A DNA stretch of 64,000 nt, from the NCBI GenBank assembly GCA_002245135.1, contig NGBS01001168.1:62001-126000 (forward strand). The letters are read 5' to 3'. Under the pieces are notes generated by a model. The model did not search any database and was not told the origin of the DNA. It saw nothing but the letters and a program-made list of their open reading frames with translations. Positions 26,673-39,893 of the stretch are shown piece by piece. The DNA is from Proteromonas lacertae. Taxonomy: Eukaryota. Position 1 is the stretch's first letter; every line of letters begins with the position of its first letter. The position numbers were made by a program, and so were the translations under genes.

Positions 26673-27964
26673 TGAAAAAAATAAATTTAATTAAAAAACA
26701 GTCTGGTGTGTGAAAATCATTAACTTCCAAAAAATCTTACTGTTTCATTTTTTGGCAGTTCCATTTTTATTTTTTCTGTAATTTGGAAATATATAAGATA
26801 AATATATACCATATATTATTAAAGCATGCTATTGTGAATGAATTATAAGGTTTGCACTCAATTTATTTATTACTTCTATTTTTGTGTTTCTTTTTTTATT
26901 AGAGAAAATATTAATTATTTACAATTCTAAAAACTGAAAATAGAAATTAAAGTCTAATATCTTACTACATTTGCATTATTTATTAAATTTTATAAAATGG
27001 CAAACAAAGAATCAAGCCTATTTATCATTTTGTTTTATTCTTTTAGGTATAAGAATTTTTAGCGAATAAAAATTAAGTTATGAGGTTATATATGACGATA
27101 TAAATTAAGTATAGTTGTTTAATGTAGAAAAGATATAATATTTACAGAAATGGGTATTTAAGAGAAAATGATGTAACTTTTCAGATGAAATAAATAAATA
27201 TGTATATAAAAAACTTGTGCTGTGTAGATGCAGTATAAAAGAATTGATTACAGCTGTATAGAAAATAACAGATAGTTAAAAAGCGATGTAAAGATGAAGC
27301 GATTACTCATTAAAGATAAATATCCAAGTAGAGTGCAATAATAGTGAATGTAAAGAAAGATCTATAAATCATATTTTAATTTAATTCCAAATTGAGTATG
27401 CAATCTGATAACAATAACTATGCAAATGTTAATAGTATTGATTAATGACTTTTTATTGTGTATGTTTGTTAGATAAATAATTTATCTGCATAAACATAAG
27501 AATAGCAAATATAATCCGTTTTAAAGTCGATAGTTATATATAAATGTGGTTAAGGTATTGTAATAAGCTATAGCATAATATCGTAAAATACTCTTAAAAA
27601 CTATTCAATTTCATTAACATTAGGTTTCTATAAGCTATCATAATATATGCATAAACAAAGCAAGTATATATAGAAAGATATAAACTATATCTTATATTGG
27701 TCTCTAATTAACGACCTTCTAGCTATATTTAAATTATTTATTTGCAAATTCTATTACAACTTATAGATCGAGTAAGTGCAAGGAAGCTAGATACATAAAA
27801 AGACAATTTAAGAAAAGTTAAGAAACAAACATAGATATAAAAATATTAATATTTAAAAGTAGCAATAATAATGTAAGTTTATGGTTAAAAAAAGCTATTG
27901 CTGCTTGTAAAATGCTCTAAAAGTGGTAAGATAAAATAAAAACTGCAAAAATTTTTCAACGAGT

Positions 27965-29078
27965 ATGAGAAGCAAATCTTGTTGTTTTTGTAATATTGAT
28001 TATTGTAGTTGCGGATCAAATGAGTTACATGAAGCATATGTTCCTAAGTAAGAATTCAATTATCTAAATCTATAGGAGAAAAAGAATTTACTTCCACCTG
28101 AACTGTGTTCAGTGGTCTTTAGGGTTTTTGAGAAAAAATTATAGAGATAAAGACACATATGTTTGTCATTTGTATGATAGTACCTGCAATAAGCTCTGCA
28201 CAATATGTAATAAATGCAATCCTACGATAAAGGGAGATAATTCACACCAATATTACCACTACCATTGTGCTTTGTCAAATAACATACCTATCAACCTAAC
28301 AAGATATGTAGATTTTGTAGATTACTTTAATGAACAAAGAAAAATCGATTGTAAAGAAAAATTACAAGAAAATGAGGAAGAAATAGAATTAGTTGACAAT
28401 TCTTATGATAAAGCAGAAGATAAAGTATCATCTACTCCAACTACTATTTGTGAAGTTGATAGTATAAGTAATGCAGAGCCTTTTTCCTTAGAATCAAGAA
28501 GAGACTCAAAAAAAGTATATTCAATGGTGTTATTATAAAAATAGAGAAAGTATGAAGAAAATGATATTGAACAAGAGAAAGAGAGTAAAAGAGTAAGAAA
28601 ATCAATACTACATATAACAGATAATATCCAAACCAATGGTTACAGTGTGTATAACAACGATGGTATTCATGAAGTTGATACATTTTTACTACAACCAGAC
28701 ATACATAATATAAGTAATGATGATGATGATGTTGATAACAATAATAATAACTCATTTCCAAATGATTATTATATAGTAAATAACTATACAGATACAGATA
28801 ATAATAGTATCAACAATAGCAGTCAATATATTTACTTTTCCAATATTATTGATCTTGAAAGTGATGATGATGATGATGAACCAAATAGTAATTCAGCTTA
28901 TCAACAATATATTAGTGACATAGGAAGAATTAGTAGTGAAGAGGATAGTATTGGCAACTCAGATGATGATTTAGATGATAATAATAATAATAATAATAGT
29001 TTTGATGACCTTGAACCTTTATCCTATAGTAGTAAACAAATTCATTCGATTATATCAAAATTAATTTCATTTGACTAA
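27965..29078 (+). CDS. Extended-PHD (zf-HC5HC2H-like) protein, paralogue 1, with acidic Asn-rich tail
   Basis: CCFC...FHLNCVQWSLGFLRK...CTICNKCNPTIK...YYHYHCA, with two GT-AG introns. Confidence 0.7.
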
Positions 29079-29628
29079 TACAACCATACACCACAAAAAC
29101 AAGCCTACTTCCTGCTACCTATATCTCTTCTGTATTCACGTTTGCCTTCTATATATCTATCTATTTTTAAAAACTTTTATTTTGTTATGCTTTCAAATGA
29201 ATGATTATTGAAAATTACCTATGACCTATCAACATTATCTTTCATTTTTTTCATAAATTATTATTTAATGTGTATCTAATACACTAAATAATATTATCTT
29301 TTGATATAATATATAGAAATAAACTAATTAGCTTAATCTGTATTTATGGAGTTTTCTAATATCTACTTCTGTATATATAGTGCAACATAAACTCATACAT
29401 AAACTATGAGCACAAGAAAAGATAAGCTTATTTACTAAGCAGCAACTATTCAATAAAAGAGAAATAGACTATAAAATAAATATAGTATAATATTTCATAT
29501 GTATACTCCTTGCTTATACTAAAAAAAGCTGTGTCAGATATGTCCTTTCACATCAAAACACCTTCTAAAATAAACAACAAAAATTGTATTTTTTAATTTA
29601 TTTTTATTTTTTGTAGGTTATTTTTATT

Positions 29629-31399
29629 ATGTTTTGTTCATTTTGCACTTATTCTGAAAATCATTTAGGTATGGGACCATTATATCAAGCATTTGTTAAA
29701 AAGTATCTCACATGTTTAATTCTTTTAGGAAGAAGCGCGTATTCTATCACATTGATTGCGTACAGTGGTCCGCAGGTTTGGTTCGTAAAAAGATAGTCGA
29801 CAAGGATGAATTTGTAACTCGTTTATTCGAAATTAGCAAGAAAAAGACATGTTATATATGTGGTTTGGCCTGCCCTACAGTTAAAGTGTTAAAAAACAAG
29901 TATAGCCATATAGAATATTGACTTATAAATAATAGCATTTCTTATTATTACCACTTCATTTGTGCAAATGATGCAGGTATAACAATATCTCCAGACAAGT
30001 TAATAGGAGATATTAATTTCAGAGGTAATAATGAATCATCAGTGTCTATGAATAAAGATCCAATTTCTGTAAAAGTATTATATATTTTTTATCAATATGT
30101 TGAAATAGAGTGAAAAATTAGTTAAGAAAAATGATCAAGAAGAACCTAAGAAAAGAAAGATAGAAAATTCACTTCAAAATGAAACATCAAACAAAAAATG
30201 CAGTCCAAATGGTTCTGAAATTAATCGTATTATAGAAAATAATTATTTAATCTAAATAGATACATTAATAATATCTTCAGCATCCCCAAATGGTTATACA
30301 GTATCTCCATCATTACAAGCAATTATCTCATTCACGTTCTCCAGCATTTATGTCATTACCACCATCAGAAAAGTACTGTGATAATAATAACGAAATGAGT
30401 TATACTCATAATGATATATTATCAGGATATCCAAATTCATTATTTGCAAATGATGATTTAGAGCTATCTTCTCCTTATATATCAGATAAACCAAAAACGA
30501 TAACACCTCCAGATTTCTTATTAGATTCAAAAGAATATAATACTCATTCAAAAGACATAAGTAAACTGATAAGTTCATCATCATCTTCTTCATCAACATC
30601 CTCGCCAGAAGGTGAAAATAATAATAACAACAATATTCTTTTAAGAAACAAGTTGATAAAAGTTAGTAGAGTTATAAATGATAATGGATCATTATCGTCA
30701 TCATCACATTCATCATCTTCATTCTCAATAGAAGGTAAAGAAAAAGAAAATCAAACACATTTTATTGATAATTGTCATATTACAATTAAAACAGATAATA
30801 ATTTAAACATGTTATCTAAAAATTCAGCAATTATTGATCTTAAAAACGTTATAAATGGAAAAAATATAACAAATATAAGCAAATATAATATGCATATTGA
30901 AGAAAGAGATATATTACAGGTGAAAATAACAAGAAAAGAAAAACTAATAAGTGATGGATTATTCATTTGTGTTTATGGTCCAAGTTATTATATGGATTCT
31001 CTTCGTTCAAATGAACCAATGCAAATACCAATAGAAAGAGGATTACCTGAAGATGAATTCATTGATATATTTAACAATTTATACTTGTCACAAGTTAATT
31101 TAATCCAATTATCAGTCTCAGATTATAGTTCAACATGTCCATTGAAGTTATTATTTACAAAATTAGTACAAAAGAAGTTAGTTGGATATTTGGACTTTAA
31201 TGAGTATGAATTATTTATTGTTCCTCATGGTCTCCATCTATTAAAATATGGAAGTTTTAATTTCTTAATTGACAGGTATATGAGAAATGGTCCAGTTATA
31301 CCTGCTTGGATATTGCTAGTAAGTAAAATAAATGGATTATTTGCTCCTACAAATGCTAATAACAATGACAGCAATGCTGATTCTATTAAAAATAATTAA
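29629..31399 (+). CDS. Extended-PHD protein with C-terminal SPOC-like domain, paralogue 2
   Basis: CSFC...YHIDCVQWSAGLVRK...CYICGLACPTVK...YYHFICA, then C-terminal GLFICVYGPS...LVGYLDFNEYELFIVP. Confidence 0.7.
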
Positions 31400-32515
31400 A
31401 ACAAAACCAAATTTGAAAAAACTCTATACTATTATTTGAAATAAACAAAACTCTTCTTTTCTTTACACTTTCTATACTCTATATTATCATCCTATATATC
31501 TATTTTTATGCTATAGACTGCTAGTGTGTTGATTCATTTAAGCCTCAGTGGTGTATTTTATCAAAACATTAGAAATTACAAAAAAAATTCAATGTATTTT
31601 GTTTTATTGTTATTTTCATAGATTTATGTGTATGTTTATGTTATTTACTGATATTTATGTATAATATATAATCATTTTTTATTTTTTAAGAGTTTATGAT
31701 ATTTTATATAAAACTTCAAATAACTAGGTTGTTGGTTTTCGGGTAATTTTTTCTATTTTTATGATAACTAAGGATATATATTGAAAATTCATATATTAAA
31801 TATATCAATACTCCACTTTTTTGTTATTTTTTTTATTTTCATTGTTGTATTTTTATCTATTTTTATTTGTTTTTAATATTTTAAAGTTTTGTATTTCTTT
31901 TTCTTTTCATTATATTTTTTGTAATTATAGCGCTATTATCTGGATATGTTAATATTAATACATGCATCGACTAATAAAGGTATATTTGACTAATGGAGCT
32001 AATAACCCAGGCAAATATCATGCACAGCAATAAATTCACGTATATATCCTGAATATGATGATTGCGAGATTCTCGTATATGTATCAATAATATTGACACC
32101 TGCAAACGTTAAATAATGGAAATATTTAGTGCAATATTGGAAGTAATGATAATATTTCCCTAAAAATGATCCAGCTGTTAGAGTTATCTCTATTATACAA
32201 CAAAGAGAGTCTCATTTATGTAAATGGCAGGCTATTATCATATTAAACGTAATTTGTATAGTATACTATATATATTGCTGGAATACAATCGTTTCCATGA
32301 GTAATCATATAGTTTGTTTATCTTGATAATTACAATTTACATATAATCCTCTTTAAACTTTACAGGATATCCGAAATATTATAGAAATAGCAAGATATAT
32401 GCACTATATAATGTAAAATAAGTTATAAATGATAAAATTAATCAATAATTATTAAACCAAATTCAACCAATAAAAACTCTTTTATTTCAAAGTATGATAT
32501 GATTATATTATTATA

Positions 32516-33462
32516 TTAATTATTTATAGAAGAAGTATAAGCAACAGTACTACTGTTATTTGTCTTTGATACAAATAAAACCCATGCAGGAACTACAGGT
32601 CCGTTTCTCATATATCGATCAACTATAAAGTGGAATATAGGGCAATTCATCATATTCATTCCATTTGGAACAATGAATAATTCATAATCACTATAATCCA
32701 AGTATCCAACTAAGTTATTCTGGGTTAACTTATTCAATAAAAGCTTCAATGGACAAGTACTTGTATATTCTTTTGCTAGTAATCGTATGATACTGATCTG
32801 TGATGTAGGAACATCATTAAAGATATCATTAAAGTCTTTTTCAGGTATTCCTCTGTCTAGTTGAATATCCATAGGTGCATTTGAACGTAATGCGTCCATA
32901 TAACTACTTGGACCATATAAACACACAAATAAACCTTCGCATATCACTTTATCCTTATCCATAATATTCACTTCTAACATATCTCTTGCTTCAATAAACA
33001 TATTGAATTTAATAATATCACCACTTGTGAGGTTAAATATTCTCCTGTAATTTATTGTGTGATTATTATTATTATTATTATTATTATTGTCATTGTTATT
33101 ATTAGGAGTAACATCACTATTTGAGTTACTGTCTGGAGGTAATTGATACACAACACTATTATTACTATTATTATTAATTGGTAAATATGCTGTTATTAAA
33201 CTCCTATTATTACTTTCATAATCAGTTTCTATTTCAAAATCACCGTAAACATTAATTGGATTCGAAAGACTATTATCAGATAATGATAGTGAGGATGATG
33301 AAGATTTTGATGGAGTAACATCTGATGATTCAATAATGTATGGAGATGAAGTAATACATGAAGTAGTACATGATGATGATTGGATATCCTCATCACCAGT
33401 TTTTCCATTCTTACTTCTCCTTTTAATTATTTCACTTTTTAACAAATGTTTAGATGATATGA

Positions 33463-33494
<32 letters not shown>

Positions 33495-34639
33495 TCAGTT
33501 GTTATTGTTGTTGGTGTTTGTAAATCCTGTTGTTGTTGTTGCTGTTTCTTGGTTTGGATTTGTTGTTTTTGTTGAGAAGTCATTGAAGAAACTATTGGAG
33601 AAGGTTTAAGTGGTAAAATAGGAAATAATCGTCTATCAGAAGATGTATTGTATTGGCTTAGAGTTGGTATTTCCACAGGTATTTGTGAAAGGAGTGGTGT
33701 TAATTGTTCTTCCTGCTGCTGTTCTATTTGTTGTAGTTTTGATGGATGATGATGATGAAGTGGTGGTAATGGTGGTGGTGGTGGATATTGTCTTGGTCTA
33801 TCTTCATTCTCTTTAAAAAAGTATAAAACTGCATCATCTGAAATATTGCTGTTATTCTTGTGTAATGGAGAAGAGAGAGGTGATAATGAATCTGTATGAA
33901 TGTTATTCACTTGTTGTTGTTGTTGTTGTTCTAGTATCATATTACTATCATTAAATGGATAAGGTAAATCATTTATTTCAAAATTAATTTGTTTTTGTTT
34001 TTTTGACTCTTGTATATTTACTGCATCTAATCCTTCCTCTTCTTCTGATAATGTTGCTGAGGAGGAAGAAGTAATTTCGTCAGTATTTCTCTAAATTTAA
34101 TAAATCGTGTTTATAATATGTATACCTTTCTCTTTTGACTATTTGTATCATCTTTTTGTGATGCTACGACATCATTTTGTGTTACATCAACTATATTAAC
34201 TGCATTATTTACTAAACTTTGATTTTCAGCTAACTCCTTATCAAAATTTAACTTCTCGACACGATATTCATTATCAATTACTACTTTATTAGCCACAGCA
34301 CACGTATAGTGATAATACATTTTGCTATACAAAATATTAATACTATTCTTACCCCGAGCTTTTATCAACTAAAGTTGGTCCAGTTTTCTTACACACAACA
34401 CACTCTCTCTTGGAAGCTACTTCGTATAAACTTGTAATATAGGTTGCCTTATCAGTATATCTTTTTCTTAGAACTCCTTTCGACCACATGACGCAATTTA
34501 AATGATAGAAAATTCGTTTTCGTCTAATGCTTTTTATAAAGAATCTATACTTTACTTTATAAGCCACAAATAATTGGCCTAAATCATTCTCTCCAAATTT
34601 TTTCTCACAAAAAGTGCAAGTTGAAACCTTCGCAGACAT
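32516..34639 (-). CDS. Extended-PHD protein with C-terminal SPOC-like domain, paralogue 3
   Basis: CTFC...YHLNCVMWSKGVLRK...CVVCKKTGPTL...YYHYTCA, a Q/N/P-rich linker and a C-terminal domain strongly similar to paralogue 2. Confidence 0.7.
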
Positions 34640-35543
34640 AAAAAAAACAAACAAAAATATCAAAAAAATCAACCGCAGATTATTTCCTAAACTACAATCT
34701 GTCATATATATGAGATGATAGAGAGATGTCAACTACATTGTTATGCAATAGATTTCATAAGCTTCACAGCTGTACTATCAGAATTTCTGAAATTTATTTA
34801 GAAACAGGCTAATTTATGTAAGTCAGTAAATAAAAGCGTCTTAAGCAGCCATCACAACAAATATGCATCAATTATATAGCTCTTGCATTGTTTCGGTATT
34901 ATACCACACTATATATCACTCTGTTTAAATTCATCACGCACGTTGTATTTCAATACCATCTTCCTATCACATAATCTTCAAACAATTAAAGCCGCATATT
35001 TACATCTGTGTCTCATAAGATTTTTCTTGATTTTGGATTTTAAAACAGTAATTCACAACCACTTTGCTAGCATTTACTCAGCATTAGCACAATATTACCA
35101 ATGCTCATTCCGTATACTACTCACAGCACCATAATCACCTCTACATGCATAATTACTCATCTTACCTCATTTTTTCATCATAACTACCAAAAAAAACCTT
35201 TTATCTGCATCATTCTACTTCTCTAACAATCCATCTCTCTATTGAATTTCAAAACACATTTTGATGGCCCCATTTGGATCGTTGTGGCATAATATTGACC
35301 ATTTCAGTACTACAATAGAAAACAGTTAGTTGCTAGCCTTTTACATTCAGTAATTCATACTATGAATCACAGAAATAACGTAAAATAAAAAGGCTTGATT
35401 TGAGTGAATGTTGTTACTGAAAATCATCAAACAACAATTTTCATGAAAGTTGATTATCATTTCATTGGGTAACATATCATTATGCTTCGATTTGGATTAA
35501 AAAATTAAAAAAATATGAAGTAAATCAAAAAAAATAATCTTGT

Positions 35544-35976
35544 TTAACAAAACGCTCTAAAAATGTCATTGTATATTTGATATGTACCATTAGCTTGTAT
35601 TAATTGAAATGTTTCTGAGAAGTGAATAGGTTCATTTGAGCCAACAAACTAAAAATAAAAAATATCCTTCAATACTTGAACTTTTCCTACTACAGTACAA
35701 AACATATCACTTGGATCTTTTGATGGTTGGTAATCCATACAATCAATCACATGTTTCGACACAGGCATAGACTAAAGTAATAAATACTATAATACGTTTA
35801 TTTTAGCTAACACATTAGCTTGACCAACAACAGCTTCTCCGGCAAAGGTTAACATGGCATTTGGGTGCTAAATTCATTTAAATGATTTGAAATACGAAAA
35901 TTTGTGCTAACATAGCTCTATTCTCATCAAAATAATTATAATAACTTTGTGCAAATTGTTTTGCGATTGAATCCAT
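35544..35976 (-). CDS. NTF2: Nuclear transport factor 2 (absent from the ORF track)
   Basis: Four exons: MDSIAKQFAQSYYNYFDENRAMLAQIF|HPNAMLTFAGEAVVGQANVLAKIN|...DYQP...VVGKVQ|...HFSETFQL...IYNDIFR, matching the NTF2 motifs. Confidence 0.9.
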
Positions 35977-36058
35977 GAAAATGAAAAAATTCAAAAATAA
36001 GCCTCACGTCAAATACACAATAATACATTGTATTTTCTGTATTTGAAAAAACATAAAA

Positions 36059-37075
36059 ATGATGTTTCTTAATCCTTGCAGCTTAATATTGTTTATAGCA
36101 TTGGGGTGTATGGTTGGTGTTAGTGTATTTTACACTGTAAAAGCAATAAGAAACCCATCAGCTTTATTTGATGTTGACTTACCAATTGAATGGTGTGAAT
36201 ATTCATATTATTTCCCTCTTTCCGGATTCTCTTCAAATGAATTCATTGGTGTCAGTTATGCTGATAAAACAGGTTATTTATTTAGTAGTAAGTCATTTGG
36301 TTTAGTAAAGAATATTCTAATCAATGGTAAAGCATCTACATTCAAATTTGTTTATGATCTTAGTATAGCACATAATCCGTGTAATATGTCACCCAAAAAC
36401 CTCAATTTACAATCTTCTTCATTATTAGTCAGTTCAGAAACAAAAGACTACTTAAATAAGAATAATTGTAGTATTAGTAATACATTTGTTAGTTTAAATA
36501 CTATTAAAAACTGTCCAATCATTGAATCTCAAATTGAAACACACAAAACATTGTTAAACAAACAAATTCAAGTTATAGAACAAGATCAATTTAAATTCAC
36601 ACTTAATTCCACTATCTTCCCATCAGGGAAAATGTCTATACGTAGTTATTCAAAATCATATGTAAATCAAGTAATTGAAAGTTCTTTACAAACATCTCCA
36701 ATTAAAACTGGTTATTATGATAATCATAATAAAGAAATGTCAATTGGTGGTGGTACAAATATTGTTTTAACACCTGATTATTATAGAATTGTAGAATCAA
36801 TGTATGGAAGTAGAAAAAGAATTCAAAAATGTAAAAAGATGATTAAAATAATGAAATATGAACAATTACAGTCAGTTACTTTAGTTCATTTAGAAAAAGA
36901 AAAAGAAATATTATATTTTTGCTTATTAGTGGATCATGATAAAGAAAATGTGTATTGTGGTTCAAAATCAATTTTTGATACAGATGTTTTATTTATGATC
37001 CCATTTTATGATGGTATTGATAAAATGACTGCTATAAATGAAAGTGTTATTGATAATAGTGTTGTATGTAACTGA
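36059..37075 (+). CDS. Type II membrane protein of unknown function
   Basis: Intronless 338-aa ORF with an N-terminal TM anchor and a beta-rich remainder. Confidence 0.65.
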   Translation: MMFLNPCSLILFIALGCMVGVSVFYTVKAIRNPSALFDVDLPIEWCEYSYYFPLSGFSSNEFIGVSYADKTGYLFSSKSFGLVKNILINGKASTFKFVYDLSIAHNPCNMSPKNLNLQSSSLLVSSETKDYLNKNNCSISNTFVSLNTIKNCPIIESQIETHKTLLNKQIQVIEQDQFKFTLNSTIFPSGKMSIRSYSKSYVNQVIESSLQTSPIKTGYYDNHNKEMSIGGGTNIVLTPDYYRIVESMYGSRKRIQKCKKMIKIMKYEQLQSVTLVHLEKEKEILYFCLLVDHDKENVYCGSKSIFDTDVLFMIPFYDGIDKMTAINESVIDNSVVCN

Positions 37076-37284
37076 TAAAAATGATAAATTAATTAATTAT
37101 TATTTTTTGTATTATTTTTATGAGATTATATGGTTATTTGTTAATAGAAAATTCAAATTCGGTTAATGCTACATATAAACATTTTAAATCGCTTGTGCTA
37201 CTATCCAAATAATATAGTTTAAATTTTCAAATTATAGGCAAGTCAAACCTATATTATTTTTCTTAAATCGTTATACATTTAAAA

Positions 37285-38550
37285 GTGGATCTTTCTGATA
37301 AAAAACTAAAAGAGTCTCAGACAGCATCTGTGACTTTGTTTACAAAAGTCCCAATTAGTGATAAAAAGATGCGTCTTACTACATCACTCCTTCAGATTAA
37401 CCAAAATAATTCTAATATTCATCCAGTTTCACCAGCAATAGTAGCTTTGAGGAATGATCAATTAAATAGTGTGTCACTAAGTTCAATTTCACTTGGTCAA
37501 CGATTTGGGAATGATTTTGATGAGTTAGATGAAGAAAGTGATTATGTACCAACTGAAGAGGAATCAAATACATTAGTTCTTCATTGTAGAGCTTCTAATA
37601 AATTAACACTTGATAGCTACCCCAGTTGCGAAAGTTCTAGTTGTTTATTAGACGAAGAAAGCGCAGCAAAGAGGAGAAAGCGTGCTAAACAGTATTTTGA
37701 AGAAAGAGGATCAATATTGATATATAAACACAGCAAACTGTCAACAAACCTAACTCAACCACCATATAATGAAGCTAATGATACTGCTGTTGATAATACT
37801 AATCATGATATTAGTTTAAATAAATATAGACATGATCTTAAACAGATTATAATAGTAGAAAGTATAATTAGAAGATGGTTAATAAATCATTATTATAAAA
37901 AAGAGAATATAGATCGAATGAAGCGAAGAGAAACTTTCAAAAATGAATTAAAATGTAAATATGATTTAAAAATGAGTGAAATTATGAATAAAATAAACAG
38001 TGGTAAAATGTGTGAAGAATATAAAGATGCTAAAGATTTATTTAAAGATTATAATGAAATAATATTTGGAAAAAACTCAAGTGGTGAAGAAACAAGAAGT
38101 ACATTACATTATCTCTTCAATTTGTGTAATAAAAATCAATTAAATATTGATGATGGAATAAATAAAAGTGAATTTGTTGTTTTAACAAGTGAGCTTTTGA
38201 ATATACCCATCAGTGATAATGATATTAATATATTATATGAAAATGATCATGTACTTTTAAATTTTGAGTCGTTTTGTAATTGGTTGTTTCATTATTTAAA
38301 TGAACCAAAGAGCGATTTTTATACAATGGTAAAACACAATTTTAGTCATTTATTTAGAAAGAAAAATGTTTATCCATATGTAAATCATATAAAATGTATA
38401 TTATATATGGAATTAGTTGAGAATCAATTGGAAGAATTTGACAAAGAGAATGATAGTAAAATGTTTAAGTGTGAAGTGTGTGGATTAATTGATAGTAATT
38501 TAAATTTGTTATGTAAACATATCGTTCAATGCAAACTCGATAATAAATAA
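37285..38550 (+). CDS. Hypothetical protein with IQ-like motif, EF-hand-like pair and C-terminal C2HC Zn finger
   Basis: IIVESIIRRWL, DDGINKSEF...LNFESFCNW and FKCEVCG..LCKHIVQC. The true start codon is uncertain. Confidence 0.6.
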   Translation: MDLSDKKLKESQTASVTLFTKVPISDKKMRLTTSLLQINQNNSNIHPVSPAIVALRNDQLNSVSLSSISLGQRFGNDFDELDEESDYVPTEEESNTLVLHCRASNKLTLDSYPSCESSSCLLDEESAAKRRKRAKQYFEERGSILIYKHSKLSTNLTQPPYNEANDTAVDNTNHDISLNKYRHDLKQIIIVESIIRRWLINHYYKKENIDRMKRRETFKNELKCKYDLKMSEIMNKINSGKMCEEYKDAKDLFKDYNEIIFGKNSSGEETRSTLHYLFNLCNKNQLNIDDGINKSEFVVLTSELLNIPISDNDINILYENDHVLLNFESFCNWLFHYLNEPKSDFYTMVKHNFSHLFRKKNVYPYVNHIKCILYMELVENQLEEFDKENDSKMFKCEVCGLIDSNLNLLCKHIVQCKLDNK

Positions 38551-38713
38551 ATATTTTGTCATTCATGATTTTTAAATATAATAGGTTTTATATGGTATTC
38601 TTTAATTGCATATTTGTATTTTTTGGATTATATAAATAAATACAAACAATAATCATCAATAAAAAATATAAAGAAATAATCACACCATTACCACTTTCTA
38701 TTGATTTATTTTT

Positions 38714-39786
38714 CTACTTCCACAGGTTTTCTCTATCTGTATCATTATCAAAGAAATGAACTCCAAGGAATATACGATTCTATTCAATATTTATACAATA
38801 ATAATAAAATATATACATTGCAATTCAATTTGTTAATACTTTTCATTTCTTCATCACTCAATTCAAAGTCAAATATATTGAAATTCTCTTCAATTCTTTC
38901 TTTATGAACACTCTTTGGAATAACAACAATACCTCTTTGGATATCCCATCTTAATATAATTTGAGCTGGTGTCTTATTATGCTTCTTTGCTATATCCAAT
39001 ATAACTGGATCTTTCAATGGAATAGGATTGGAATCTTTAACAAATTTTGCTGGTCTATCCATACTACCTAATGGCGAATAAGCTGTAACTTGAATTCCTT
39101 TACTTTGACACCAATTCACTACTTCTTCGTTGGATAAAGCTGGATGAATCTCGATTTGGTTAATTGCTGGTGGTATTTTGGCTATCTCTAACACTTTCTC
39201 TAATTTTGAAACTGTGAAGTTACTAACACCAATAGATTTGATTAATCCTTTTTCTACACATGCCTCTAAATCTTTCCAGAGTTTAACTATCCATTCTTTT
39301 TCATAAGGTAAAGTTTCAGCATCAATATCTAAACCAGGAAACCAATGATCAAAATCTTTTGGATCTCTAGTTGTTTTTGGCTTTTTATAAACAGGCCAAT
39401 GCACTAAATATAAATCAACATATTCAACACCTAGTTTGTGAAGCGTCACTCTTAAAGCATTTTCTACTTCTTCGAAATCGGTTATCCTAGAATATATTAA
39501 TACTATTTTACAATTATACCATAGCTTAGAAGTAATAAACAAATCTTCTCTTTTTACAAGTGAAGGAATACATTCCTTCAAAGCTTCACCAACTTCGTAC
39601 TCATTGTCATAAGACATAGCACAATCAATATGACGATATCCTGCTTTTATGGCATCTATAACAGACTGTTTTACCTCACCCTTTTTACCCTTCCAGGTTC
39701 TAAAGATTAATATAGGGGTATAGATACCCAAGACCAATTTGAGGTATAGTTTTACCATTATTTAACTTAACAAGTGGCGGAGTCAT
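38714..39786 (-). CDS. Aldo-keto reductase (AKR1/AKR4-like)
   Basis: GYRHIDCA..Y.NE, LFITSKLW, DLYLVHWP, KSIGVSNF, AYSPLGS and IPKS motifs. Three GT-AG introns. Confidence 0.95.
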
Positions 39787-39893
39787 GAAGATTTTTAATT
39801 GTGTCTTTTATATTTTAATACAATGTATATCTATGTACTACCCTGTATTTGTCAATTTGACCGTTTATATATATTTTTTGTTTTTCAGTTTTT

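Noticed and set aside
31920..32400. Slightly GC-richer tract between the PHD paralogues that could be a gene relic or ncRNA
   Set aside because: I found no intact frame, recognisable motif or clear structure by eye.
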